Below, piece after piece: positions 1 through 11,795 of a DNA stretch of 64,000 nt; position 1 is the stretch's first letter; the number at the start of each line of letters is the position of its first letter. This DNA comes from Schmidtea polychroa (taxonomy: Eukaryota). A model generated the notes under the pieces. The model was not told the DNA's origin. It searched no databases and was given only the letters and a program-made list of their open reading frames with translations. The position numbers and the translations under genes are program-made. Location: positions 50,778,001 to 50,842,000 of the forward strand of contig CM097887.1 of the NCBI GenBank assembly GCA_044892525.1, given 5' to 3'.

Positions 1-261
1 ATCAATTTTTATTAAATATAAACAAAACTTTTCAAAATTTTCCTTCATTTGGTTCGTTTTCAAATTAGGATTTTTCCTTTCCACTATTCTCGCTTCACCT
101 TATTTCCTTAACTTAGTCAGAAGCCGATTTTCTGATTTTGACTCTCGTTTTATAATAATATAATTTCTATATATAGTGGGTTTAGGTTAAAATAACCTTT
201 AATAATATTTTTTTAGACATATATATATATATATGATAAAATATTAAACAATTCATAATTT

Positions 262-1041
262 TTATAAACTATCATGGATTAAATTCTGTATGAAATAACT
301 ATTTGATGTTCGGTGGTTGAATTTAGGCAAATCTTCCACGCGGCTGTTGTCATTGAGTTGAATTTGGGTTAGAAAATTTGCATTGTTTCGGTCTGGGGTC
401 TCAGTCAACATAGTGTGGGGGTTCGGTTGAATAAATTGTGATTCCGTACCAATAGGAAACGTTTTCAAGCTTATTGATGAACTATTGGACATAGATCTCG
501 GTTCAATGACTTTGTATTCTAAGAATTTGAAATGGCTTTGAAAACAAATTTTGTTGATTTTCTTTTGTGATTCTTCTAAAGAATTCTTCAACATCAATAT
601 GTAATTTTTGGCTAAAAGTAATGTTGCAATCTTCGATAATTTTTTTACAGTTGGTCCATTTGCATAATGAATTACTTGTCTAAGGCTGTCTAGAGCAGAA
701 TTCAGGTCATGCATTCGTTTTCTCTCGCGACTATTTATTTTCAATCTANNNNNNNNNNNNNNNNNNNNNNNNNNNNNNNNNNNNNNNNNNNNNNNNNNNN
801 NNNNNNNNNNNNNNNNNNNNNNNNNNNNNNNNNNNNNNNNNNNNNNNNNNNNNNNNNNNNNNNNNNNNNNNNNNNNNNNNNNNNNNNNNNNNNNNNNNNN
901 NNNNNNNNNNNNNNNNNNNNNNNNNNNNNNNNNNNNNNNNNNNNNNNNNGTTGACTGTTTTGATAAACGAGAATTGTAATTGTAACTTAATTTTGATGTT
1001 TCGCAGTTAAATTTTTTAATAAATTTGTTAGTTTTAGCCAT
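262..1041 (-). CDS. Olig: Olig-family bHLH transcription factor (single exon as seen; 201 N inside the ORF)
   Basis: [59 protein letters not shown] matches the Olig bHLH ([16 protein letters not shown]...[25 protein letters not shown]) better than Beta3/BHLHE22 (RLNINARERRR). The frame is preserved across the N run at 749-949. Confidence 0.85.
   Translation of the reverse strand: MAKTNKFIKKFNCETSKLSYNYNSRLSKQSXXXXXXXXXXXXXXXXXXXXXXXXXXXXXXXXXXXXXXXXXXXXXXXXXXXXXXXXXXXXXXXXXXXXRLKINSRERKRMHDLNSALDSLRQVIHYANGPTVKKLSKIATLLLAKNYILMLKNSLEESQKKINKICFQSHFKFLEYKVIEPRSMSNSSSISLKTFPIGTESQFIQPNPHTMLTETPDRNNANFLTQIQLNDNSRVEDLPKFNHRTSNSYFIQNLIHDSL
749..949. other. N run (gap or hard-masked sequence), 201 nt
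   Basis: Directly visible; length is a multiple of 3 and it lies inside the Olig ORF. Confidence 0.95.
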
Positions 1042-1770
1042 TGAAAAACTATTTTCAAGCGAAACAAAAATGGCTTATTTCTTCAATGAAATTGAGCGAA
1101 TCAAGCAATACGTGTTTTATATCGTTTAATTTCGAATTCCCTGGGGATGACTTACATCATTGAATTGGGATAACGCGATTCAATGGGAAAAATTAATTGT
1201 GAATCAAATATCATTCAGGTCGATTATTTGATTTAGGATTTGTGAGTGTTCCTGGATGGAAAAATCCGAGGATCGATTTGTGATAATTATTCACCATATT
1301 TCCTGTGAAGATTTCTGTGTCCATCTGTAAACAATTTTACTGGAAATCAGTACGGTTGAGTATTAGAAAAAGAACAGATGATTGTGGAAATGGTTCATTG
1401 TATTTGACTGGTGGCGGGCGGGGTGAAATAAAGTTTAATTAACTATCGATTTCTTAATCGATAAGCTGCACTGTGTTTATCAATGGGAAACAGAAACAAT
1501 TAGGAATTAGCCAGCTTTCTTGGGGATTTCTGCGTAATTTAAACGGATTTTAATAAAATTATTAAGGTTGACATTTTATTGTAATTGTGTATTTGCAGTT
1601 GATAAAAGACAAATAATTGGAGAAGATTTTGTCAAACTTAATTCCACAAAGCATTTTTCGGAATCATAAACTTCTGGTGTCATGATGCCATTGGAAACCT
1701 TTTTAATTACATAAGTATTTCATATGAAGATCCAATTAAGGAAATTAATCAATAATTGCGTAATCGATGA

Positions 1771-2049
1771 NNNNNNNNNNNNNNNNNNNNNNNNNNNNNN
1801 NNNNNNNNNNNNNNNNNNNNNNNNNNNNNNNNNNNNNNNNNNNNNNNNNNNNNNNNNNNNNNNNNNNNNNNNNNNNNNNNNNNNNNNNNNNNNNNNNNNN
1901 NNNNNNNNNNNNNNNNNNNNNNNNNNNNNNNNNNNNNNNNNNNNNNNNNNNNNNNNNNNNNNNNNNNNNNNNNNNNNNNNNNNNNNNNNNNNNNNNNNNN
2001 NNNNNNNNNNNNNNNNNNNNNNNNNNNNNNNNNNNNNNNNNNNNNNNNN
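1771..2049. other. N run (gap or masked), 279 nt
   Basis: Directly visible. Confidence 0.95.
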
Positions 2050-2488
2050 AATGGGTTTTTAACACCCAATTCGTTTATACATAAGCTTTTATTTCACACT
2101 TAATTAGTTGATAGACGCCGGATAAAAATATAAAATTGAAAACAAAGTCTTGTTTTGTTCCATGGGGTTATAATTAAAAATTATTTAATTTTATTTCGAG
2201 GGTGATATAATATTTTCGCCATTTTTTCTCGTCTTATTCAATTATACCATTATTATACCTGTATTATTTGTGTATGTACACTATAAAATCACCATCAGGA
2301 TATTATCAATAAGATTCATTGCCATAAACAAAAAATATATAAATGATCACAAGTCAAAATTAAGATCAATTAAGTTTTCATTAAAACAAATCATATCCAA
2401 GTTAGAATCAAGAACTCCACAACCATCATAAATTATTATTTGTTACATGAATGTTTATCCTATACCTATTATTTCCTATGTTATAGTA

Positions 2489-2570
2489 CAACGGTGGGCA
2501 AATGCGGCTCTTAGAGCCGCATGCGGCTCTTCGTTGAGTAAACTGCGGCTCATTGATAATTGAATTCTTG
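2489..2570 (+). mobile_element. Probable left end of a hAT (Charlie/Buster-like) non-autonomous element; right end not found
   Basis: CAACGGTGGGCAAATGCGGCTCTTAGAGCCGCATGCGGCTC resembles Buster/Charlie-type termini with subterminal TGCGGCTC repeats; no matching right TIR seen. Confidence 0.35.
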
Positions 2571-3172
2571 ATAATCGAATTCGATTTTTTATTTTGAAAT
2601 TTTTCACTAAATGTTTTGAGAAAAAATTTTTTGTTGCAATTGTATTTTCATAAATGTCAAAAATTAACGAAACATTGTTTTTCACATTTTACTGCTTTTT
2701 AAAATTATTTTGTAGTAGGCGGCGCTTTGTTATAACAACGAGAGAGAAGCATCAAAAATAAATTTAGTGAATTTTGATTGGTTATTATTTTGTTTGTACA
2801 AGATTGCGGTCGTTTGTATATTTTAGTATAGTTTTCTATTCGTGTTTTTTGAAAAATTTGGTAAGAAGATTTTTTTATGAAGCATTTTAAAATTTTAAAC
2901 TAATTAAAATTAAATTAATGTCTTTTTATTATTTTGTTTAAATTTCAGCCATATAGTTATTTAAATTTATTATTATAATTATTATTATTATTATTATTAT
3001 ATATAATATAGTATTTTAATTTTATAATTTTTATTATTTTCCCATCTTCTAACAGTTACATGGAATGAAAAAAAATTTATACCTAAGACCCTGCTGAATT
3101 CAATTTTTTTTAAAAATCAGTTCATGAGTAAATAATGGAAACAAATTTTATTTAAAACAATTATTATGAAAT

Positions 3173-3711
3173 TGTTGGGCTAAACTTCAGAGTGGAGAAA
3201 ACTGGAACGAATAGAAAGGTAAACCTCGAAAAATAAATGAAATAAGAAATATATAAATTACCATCATATCTCACTAGTAAATAGGAAGGAACAATAAAAT
3301 ATCAATAAAAGAATAAGAATAAGTAACCCAACCAAATAAAACCCAATAAACCCCTTAAGATTTAGAAATAAAACGATTTAAGACACACAGCGGGAAAAAT
3401 AAAAATAGAATGAACAAAAAAAAAGTGAAACAAATAAACGGGAAATTAAAGAAATAAATAAAAAAAAAATAAAACCATTTCTAAGCCTAATTGAAACAAA
3501 AAAAATTATATTACATTAAAATAACAATAAGTCCGCAGAAAAAATAGGAGAAAAAATAAGAAAAATAAGAAAATAAATAAAATAATAATAAGAAATAAGT
3601 TAAGTTATTAAAACCCAATACATTATAATAAAAACATAAAAAATAATAATAAATAGAAAAATTACAAACAAGTTGCGTCCTGATTGGACGAAAAATACTA
3701 TATATGTAATA
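3173..3711 (+). repeat. 5' LTR (~537 bp)
   Basis: Matches 25002-25536; by eye there are 2 substitutions near the start and 2 one-base homopolymer indels. Starts TGTT and ends ...TATATATGTAA(TA). Contains a CCAAT-like CTGATTGG followed by a TATA-like TATATA. Confidence 0.85.
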
Positions 3712-4188
3712 CTATATATGTAATTTTTGATTTGTTTTGATTGCCTATTATTGTGTCAGGATGTGTTAGTTGAATAATTTAATAAATTATGACAAATAGA
3801 ATCGGGACCGAACTAAATTGAATAGATTTTATCGTGTAACAGAAGGACAATACGAACTATATGCGTTTGAAATGGAGTATGCATGGAGGAAAATGAGTCT
3901 AAATGAGTGTGAATGAATATGATAAAGTATGATGAGAAGAGAAAAATGGGAATTAATTATCTTGTTTAAATTCAATTTATTAAATTAAAAAGGGGGACAA
4001 AGGAAAGTGATGTCAATAAAAGTAAATGATTAAAGTGGAAAATATGACGGGGGGAATTCCAAAGATTGAATAAAATACAAAAGTTAGAAACAGTAACAAA
4101 TAAAAGTCAAACGAATATTAAATACAAACATAATAATATCATTAGTAATACCAGTAAAAACAGATAATAACAACACATTTTTTTAGAT

Positions 4189-4668
4189 ATGTCAGAAGCT
4201 AGACAACATCTACAACAGCTAAGCAGATTCGTCGATATAGAAAACGACTCAATAAAGACATTAAAAGAGAAACTGAAACAAATAGAACTCTTAGAGCAAC
4301 AACGCCACAACGCACCGCTGATATCCAAACAAAACTTTCTAACCAACAGATTAGGATCAACAAATACCAACACCGACTTGTCTATTCATTACCAATGGCT
4401 TCAGCAACGTCTTGACTATCCCGCCTTGAATATCGACTACGTAAGAATACGCGAACAAGTAAAAACTCTATCTAAGAGAATACGAGTCTTGATTGAAGAG
4501 AAAGCAGCGGCATTAAGAACGTGTAACATTTGTAAGACGCGACCTGGCAGAATGCTGATATGACCTTGCGGACACCTAAGCCATTGTGATGAATGCGTCG
4601 TCAACCTAACCCATTGTTCTTTATGTGCGTGTGTGATAAAAGAGAAACACACAGTATACTTCAACTAG
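4189..4668 (+). pseudogene. Coiled-coil + C-terminal IAP-type C3HC4 RING protein (no BIR seen), interrupted by in-frame TGA at 4561
   Basis: Reading through TGA 4561-4563 gives CNICKTRPGRMLI*PCGHLSHCDECVVNLTHCSLCACVIKEKHTVYFN*, with the spacing and terminal position of IAP/MDM2-like RINGs (CKIC...FIPCGHL..C..C....CPIC...I....F). Confidence 0.75.
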
Positions 4669-4678
4669 CACGCGATCG

Positions 4679-5134
4679 TCACTTGGTGAGGAGAATTTGG
4701 CTGAATTGAACAATTAAGACTAAACATTTTAATTTTTTTTTGATTTGATTGGTTAATGTTTTAATAAAAGTATCATATATCGCATGTAGTATGGGCTGAA
4801 TAATCAATAAATTATTTTGTGTGTTTATTTCATTTTGCGTAGCTATAATTCGATTTGTTATATCATAATTTTCACCATGAAGAAAAGGTATTTCAAAATT
4901 TAATTTGATTATATAAAGTGGAACTAGTACCATCATAGGATTAAAGGGGGAATAAACCGAGCCACCTTCGGGAGGTACGATACTTGAAAACTGTTTGGGA
5001 AGGGATAACCGATCACCCCGAGTAAGAGATGTAAGGCGAGGTACCATCGCGAATATTGAAAAGTTTCTGCGGTATGGCTGATCACCATACCAATGTGGAA
5101 ATGGATCAATGCGATTGTTTTGCGTTTTGAGCAA
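4679..5134 (-). CDS. Antisense hypothetical ORF (151 aa) in the element leader
   Basis: ORF track only; alternative start codon; no recognisable domain. Confidence 0.25.
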   Translation of the reverse strand: MLKTQNNRIDPFPHWYGDQPYRRNFSIFAMVPRLTSLTRGDRLSLPKQFSSIVPPEGGSVYSPFNPMMVLVPLYIIKLNFEIPFLHGENYDITNRIIATQNEINTQNNLLIIQPILHAIYDTFIKTLTNQIKKKLKCLVLIVQFSQILLTK

Positions 5135-5246
5135 GGGGGGAAAGGGGAAATATTCTCATGCGGCACAGATTAGGCCAGCAAATAAAAAGTAAAAATAGGA
5201 AAATGACAGTCTAGAATAAAGATAGGAAAGAAGTGGAAGCATGCGG

Positions 5247-6675
5247 AGTCGGAGATATTAAGGCCGAGCTGTCGAGAAGTCCAGCCGGTCAAGGAATTTG
5301 AAACTGAGCTGTGAAAAGTCCAGCCAGTCGGAGATATTAAGGCCGAGCTGTCGAGAAGTCCAGCCGGTCAAGGAATTTGAAACTGAGCTGTGAAAAGTCC
5401 AGCCAGTCGGAGATATTAAGGCCGAGCTGTCGAGAAGTCCAGCCGGTCAAGGAATTTGAAACTGAGCTGTGAAAAGTCCAGCCAGTCGGGGATATTAAGG
5501 CCGAGCTGTCGAGAAGTCCAGCCGGTCAAGGAATTTGAAACTGAGCTGTGAAAAGTCCAGCCAGTCGGGGATATTAAGGCCGAGCTGTCGAGAAGTCCAG
5601 CCGGTCAAGGAATTTGAAACTGAGCTGTGAAAAGTCCAGCCAGTCGGAGATATTAAGGCCGAGCTGTCGAGAAGTCCAGCCGGTCAAGGAATTTGAAACT
5701 GAGCTGTGAAAAGTCCAGCCAGTCCGGAGATATTAAGGCCGAGCTGTCGAGAAGTCCAGCCGGTCAAGGAATTTGAAACTGAGCTGTGAAAAGTCCAGCC
5801 AGTCGGGGATATTAAGGCCGAGCTGTCGAGAAGTCCAGCCGGTCAAGGAATTTCAAACTGAGCTGTGAAAAGTCCAGCCAGTCGGAGATATTAAGGCCGA
5901 GCTGTCGAGAAGTCCAGCCGGTCAAGGAATTTGAAACTGAGCTGTGAAAAGTCCAGCCAGTCGGAGATATTAAGGCCGAGCTGTCGAGAAGTCCAGCCGG
6001 TCAAGGAATTTGAAACTGAGCTGTGAAAAGTCCAGCCAGTCGGGGATATTAAGGCCGAGCTGTCGAGAAGTCCAGCCGGTCAAGGAATTTGAAACTGAGC
6101 TGTGAAAAGTCCAGCCAGTCGGGGATATTAAGGCCGAGCTGTCGAGAAGTCCAGCCGGTCAAGGAATTTGAAACTGAGCTGTGAAAAGTCCAGCCAGTCG
6201 GAGATATTAAGGCCGAGCTGTCGAGAAGTCCAGCCGGTCAAGGAATTTGAAACTGAGCTGTGAAAAGTCCAGCCAGTCCGGAGATATTAAGGCCGAGCTG
6301 TCGAGAAGTCCAGCCGGTCAAGGAATTTGAAACTGAGCTGTGAAAAGTCCAGCCAGTCGGGGATATTAAGGCCGAGCTGTCGAGAAGTCCAGCCGGTCAA
6401 GGAATTTCAAACTGAGCTGTGAAAAGTCCAGCCAGTCGGAGATATTAAGGCCGAGCTGTCGAGAAGTCCAGCCGGTCAAGGAATTTGAAACTGAGCTGTG
6501 AAAAGTCCAGCCAGTCGGAGATATTAAGGCCGAGCTGTCGAGAAGTCCAGCCGGTCAAGGAATTTGAAACTGAGCTGTGAAAAGTCCAGCCAGTCCGGAG
6601 ATATTAAGGCCGAGTTGTTGAATAGTCCAGCCGGTCAGGATAATGAAGATTGAGCTGTTGAATAGTGCCAGCCAG
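5247..6675 (+). repeat. 79-bp minisatellite, ~18 units (last degenerate), each unit made of two related ~40-bp halves
   Basis: Unit AGTCGGAGATATTAAGGCCGAGCTGTCGAGAAGTCCAGCCGGTCAAGGAATTTGAAACTGAGCTGTGAAAAGTCCAGCC; units start at 5247, 5326, 5405, 5484 ... 6513, 6592. Confidence 0.97.
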
Positions 6676-8050
6676 TCGTAAAGGCCTAGGAAATGATTGG
6701 ATAGTATCTAAGTTAATAATGAGATAGAATATTAAGCGAGCTAGAAATGAATTGAATTTGGATATGAGAGTTCGAATTTAGAGAGGATTAAACGAGCTCG
6801 TAGAAGATGATAGTAAAATTCTTTTAGTGGAAACGGAGAAACAGAAAAGGAAAATGAATTAAGATTAATGAAAATAAAGAATAAGTGTGATTAGATGATG
6901 AATGAAAGAAGAAAATAAGTAATTAATTAAAGGGGACCCCAGGTGAGTAGACAGAGTTCTACAGATTTTTGTGGTTTAAACCGGTTAAACGAGTTTGATT
7001 TTTGGTTCAGAGTAGAACCGAGTAAGGAGAAACAGAGACGAAAGATTAAGTAAAATAGCGGAACCGCGTAAAAGGATTAAGGAAATAAGGGGGGTAATAA
7101 GCAGCAACCGACAACGACCTATCGATATTATAAGTGATAACTATAGATAATTTATACGACCATATAGATAATTGTTACTACCCCAAATAGATAATTTAAA
7201 ATCGACGAAAACTATGGGTTGATGGGTAATTATATTCCACAAAGAATTGTATGGGGAAATGAAGAGGAACATAACAGAGGCCCTAAAACGGTGTCTGTGC
7301 TTGAATGTGGCAAAAAGGAATGATTGATTCGTGTAAGCAAATGCAACACGAGATCATTTTTTCATTTTAGATATCAAACCAATCCAGTCAATCAAGCCAA
7401 TCCAGAACCTGCACAAAGGAATTCAAAGAAATCAACGACCAACCAGAAATAACCAATTCAGAACCCACTCAGTAGGAGTAACACAACCCGAAGATTTCAG
7501 GAACGGAAGACGATACTGATAACGACATCTCCAACTTCGAACGAATCACTGACATATTCAGTCTCATAGTATTAACAGCCATTTACCAAGGACTCGTAAA
7601 TCTCCTCAGAATCTCAGTAGTAGAATCATACCGGATAATTTTCGAAGGGAACACCGACAGAACCGAATTCACTCAAGTCAGCAGCCGCTAATTACCGAGA
7701 AGTCCATAAGAGACGATAAAGAGGCGTAAGAAGGAATCACGGAGAAACCAAATCTCAGATCCTCGAGTAAGTCAAGAGACGTATTATTTTCAGGAGACGA
7801 ACTAGAACAGCTTAGAAGAGGACGATCCATAAAACAGCAAAGAGGAGTATCACAAGGAGCAAGAAGAACAAATCAAATACCAACATTTGACCAAGAAAAC
7901 CTCGGATACACCCCTAGTCGATCTAGAAGCAGAGAAAGCCTATCCGATATAACAAACAACCTAACCGGGTCAACAGAAGAATTATCCGTCCATAATTTAG
8001 CGACATCGCTGGAAAATTTAAAAGAAACAATAGAGTTTCAAGAACCAGTC

Positions 8051-9720
8051 ATGACGAATGTGGTAAAAACCGACGAGTATAAAGAAAAATTTAGAGGCGA
8101 ACCGTTCAACGGGAATGCGAACAAGTTGGCAACGTTCATAACCAACTTTGAAGTCTATATCGATGTGTGTGGATGGACAGCGGAAGCAATCAGCAAACGA
8201 ATGCCTTTGTTTTTGTGCGATAGCGCACTCGAAGTATATCTAGAAGCAAAAGAAAGGAATATGAAGTTAGACAATTGGGAAAGCATCAAAACATTTTTGA
8301 GGAAAACCTTCGGAGCCAGCAAACCAATAAATCAAGCGAACTGGCAAGTAGAAAACAAAGAGCAAACGAGTCAATAACGTTATACGCAAGCGAATTGCGA
8401 AGATTGGCAAAAAAGACCATGAACGGAAACTTGCCGGAGGAAAATTTAATTGGTTATTTCATAGAAGGACTACGCCGAGAGGAGGTAAGAGCCTCGGTGG
8501 GATGTCAAATGTGTAAGACATTAGAGGAGGCCATAGATTGGGCCACAAGATGCGAACTACACCTCCCAGCACAAATGAATGTCATGCAAGAGGAGGGAAG
8601 AATCGCAACAGCAACGGTGAAAACAGAAAATGGAGATAACAACAATCACGAACCAAAGATGAATCAGTTCATACCAGGTGCGCATCAAATTTTCAAACCA
8701 CCACAAGGACGATCAAACGGGAATAACAACGAACGCAACAACTCAAATAATGGAAACAATTTTAATAATCGACGAAATACGAACGATAACAAACAATGCC
8801 GAACATGCGGTAAACCGGGGCATTGGGATAGAGATTGTTACCGAAACGTAAATTGTAATGGGTGCGGACGACGAGGGCACACGGAAAATATATGTCATTT
8901 GAGAGGGTGTTTTAACTGTGGTCAGGCAGGTCACATCGCAAGAGACTGCCGAGAAAGGAGCCAACAACAACGACCACCACAGCGAAATAATAATTATGCA
9001 CCAAATCAGCAACGACAAGGTAACCCCAGTGAGGGAAAACAAATGAATGTGATGCAAGAAATTTCCCAAATGAAACAAATGATGCAACAAATGATGAGAC
9101 CAAGACAAGAACCAGCACCACAACAAACTCAGAATATACGTATGATGAGGAGTATCGAGAATCTTAACAATTATGAAGTACAACAACATGCACAAGAATG
9201 GCAGAGACTACAAGCTGAAGAAGAGAGAATAAAAAGAGAGCGAATTCAGCAGCGACAAGAACAACCATTACGAATAAATATGATGAGAATGGTAAAGGAG
9301 ATAAAAGAGCAATATTGCTATAATTATGAGAAAAATCCAAGAGTAGTCCCATTGCTCGAACCAGAGAAACCGAAAGAAACGATTACAGAAGCGAAAAAGG
9401 AAAATCCAACAACACCGTTAAAAGGAAATCAGAGAATTCAGAAAATATTCTGGAAAAAGATAAAAGATAAAATCGAAAAAGAACACGAGAAAATCAAAAC
9501 AGAAACGGAAGCGGAAAATGACGAAGATAGGAAACAGATTAATCATCTAAATCATGCTATGATACAAGAATTAGACTCAAAGGAGCTAACGATATTCGAG
9601 AATAAAAAGCTAAAGAAAGTACCAAGAATGAGAAATTTACGAATTAACATGATGAAGACGACAAAGAAGGTATTATCAACGGATGACGATGAGGATTATG
9701 TGAGTAGCCTTGGCGGATAA
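8051..9720 (+). pseudogene. gag: Gag: capsid-like domain + three CCHC zinc knuckles + Q/N-rich region; frameshift at ~8335-8340
   Basis: 8051-8377 (EPFNGNANKLATFITNFEVY...) joins 8275-9720 (ELASRKQRANESITLYASELRRLA...GLR) in a Ty3 capsid pattern. Knuckles CRTCGKPGHWDRDC, CNGCGRRGHTENIC, CFNCGQAGHIARDC. The 8051 frame is open upstream to a stop at 7727. Confidence 0.9.
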
Positions 9721-9795
9721 ATATTCCAGTTAAATGAAAATATCGAACAACTAAGAGAAAAGATCGGAGCAGACGAAGATGAGAGTGAAAGCGAC

Positions 9796-11775
9796 GTGAC
9801 AAGTGAAAGTGAAGATGAGAATATCGAGATGAAATGGAGAAAAGAAAGAGAGGAAGCGATAAAACAAGTAAAGGAAATACTTCCAGTGGTAGTAAGAAAC
9901 CAGGAGTTCATCGACCTTATACCATATAAACGCTTCATACAAAAGATAATGAAACTAGAAAGAAACGAAAAAGATTTAATACCAAGCGAGGAGAAAGCGA
10001 TAATAAAGAAGTATATGGAAAAAATGAAACAAGCGGAGACAACACGCTATGTAATAAAAATCGGAACGAGTAAAGGGCTCGAGAGAATATGGATAAAAAA
10101 TACAGTTACGGACGAGCTTTTCGATTGGATAAGAGAACATTTGGGCAGTTCGAGAAAGAAAGAATATCTGTATCAGTATCAAGGAGAACAAATTAAACCA
10201 GATATGCACCTAATAGATGCATTGATCTGGCCAGGAGAAACTCAAATATTGAAGTTGCATAAAGAGAAGCAACCAGCCAATGTTCATGAATGGGCTAAAG
10301 ACGCCAAGGCCGAATACGATTTTAATATCAAGCTAAAATTAGAACAAATAAAACAATGCACTTTGCGACGAAATCTAGATAAATTAATCAAACAAATCCA
10401 GGAACAAGTTGAAGATAACTGGGATCTGCTCATAACAAGACGAACTCCAGCTATGCATGAACTAATGAGTCGACTGCGAGATACAGAATTGCTAAGGATG
10501 AGTGATTGGAGAACCATAAATTTGATCCACAAATATGGGAGGTTAAAAGAAACGGAATCAAAGAAATTAGAAATAACCATATGGTTACCAAACGAGGAGA
10601 AACGACGAATTAAAATGAGCAATCAGAGTACGGTGGATGACTTAGTATCAAAGATAAACCAAGAGATAACGGAAAAAGTACGAAGCGAGAGTAGCGATGG
10701 TATGATAGATGATGTAGTCATGATGTACGATAAAATAATATTACGGGCTGAGGATGACACCCCGTTAAGCGAAATGGGAATGTGGGATAATCACCAAATA
10801 ATTCGAATATTGCCCATGGACGAATTCAGAACCAGAGATGTAACATACCAGAAAGAAATACGAGATAGGATGAAAACGCTATACCAAAAATCAGTAGAGA
10901 TAATTGAAATTCATCAACAGTGGCTAAAAGAGAAGGAGCTACAAGGAAAAATAAAGAAACTGAGTACTAGATCTTGCAGACGAACCCCATGGGAAAGGAT
11001 GTGGAATGCAAAAAACAAAGAATGGGAAATCAGGAAAGGAATTTTCGTAGAAACAGACATTGGCGAGACAGAAAGTGAGCCAGAAGAAGAGGAAGACGAA
11101 CCTCCAAAATACGAAGAGGACGAAATAGAACCGGTATCGGACGATGAAAGCGAAACGGACGTCACGTCCGAAAGCGAAATAGAAACCAGACATATTCATG
11201 CGATGAGAAAGAAGGAACGTGAATATGCTGATATAGACGGGGAAGAGGCGAAAGAAGCGAGAGATCGAGAGGAGAGGGAAAGGTACAAACAACTAAGTGA
11301 CATCTTAGAGACAGGGACAAAGAATCAAAAAAGGCAAACGATAGCACTAGCTAACTTCATTCTAAAAATATCAGACAATATCCACTATCTGAGAGAGATA
11401 GTAAAAGCTATAGAGGAATACCGACAATACAACGAATGGTACCCGGAACAATTGGAGCAAATCATTGGAAAGTGGCGAAACCATGAATGGTCACAAGACA
11501 CCCAAGAAAGGTATCGAATTCGAATTAAATACCCGGATAAAAATGTTGAGGAAGTGGAGGTACATCCAACCACAAAAATTAGAGAATTAAAAAAGAAATT
11601 AGCATACGAAACCCCATTCCATTTACAACTACAAGGAAAATCATTAGATGATAATGCAGATGTCGGAATAACACCCATGAGATTGGGGGAAATCAATGTA
11701 TTGACAATGACAGAAACATTGGGAAAACCAATCAAAAAGAAAACCAAATTCAGTAAATCACGAAAGGTAGTTTAA
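9796..11775 (+). CDS. Gag-frame extension with 2-3 ubiquitin/SUMO-like domains and acidic tracts
   Basis: Same frame as Gag, separated only by TAA 9718-9720. C-terminal RIRIKYPDKNVEEVEVHPTTKIRELKKKL...LQLQGKSLDDNADVG aligns by eye with ubiquitin. LEITIWLPNEEKRRIKMSNQSTVDDLVSKI...YDKIILRAEDDTPLSEMG is Ubl-like. YVIKIG...YQYQGEQIKPDMHLIDALIWPGET is weakly SUMO-like. Confidence 0.6.
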   Translation: MTSESEDENIEMKWRKEREEAIKQVKEILPVVVRNQEFIDLIPYKRFIQKIMKLERNEKDLIPSEEKAIIKKYMEKMKQAETTRYVIKIGTSKGLERIWIKNTVTDELFDWIREHLGSSRKKEYLYQYQGEQIKPDMHLIDALIWPGETQILKLHKEKQPANVHEWAKDAKAEYDFNIKLKLEQIKQCTLRRNLDKLIKQIQEQVEDNWDLLITRRTPAMHELMSRLRDTELLRMSDWRTINLIHKYGRLKETESKKLEITIWLPNEEKRRIKMSNQSTVDDLVSKINQEITEKVRSESSDGMIDDVVMMYDKIILRAEDDTPLSEMGMWDNHQIIRILPMDEFRTRDVTYQKEIRDRMKTLYQKSVEIIEIHQQWLKEKELQGKIKKLSTRSCRRTPWERMWNAKNKEWEIRKGIFVETDIGETESEPEEEEDEPPKYEEDEIEPVSDDESETDVTSESEIETRHIHAMRKKEREYADIDGEEAKEARDREERERYKQLSDILETGTKNQKRQTIALANFILKISDNIHYLREIVKAIEEYRQYNEWYPEQLEQIIGKWRNHEWSQDTQERYRIRIKYPDKNVEEVEVHPTTKIRELKKKLAYETPFHLQLQGKSLDDNADVGITPMRLGEINVLTMTETLGKPIKKKTKFSKSRKVV

Positions 11776-11795
11776 GTACACCAAGTCCGGACAAG

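Noticed and set aside
709-2084. ORFs at 709-954 and 1724-2084 (and 57585-57964)
   Set aside because: Open only because they run through N stretches.
5247-6675. CRISPR array or hammerhead-ribozyme array
   Set aside because: No unique spacers (pure tandem units), eukaryotic context, and no CTGATGA/GAAA hammerhead core on either strand.
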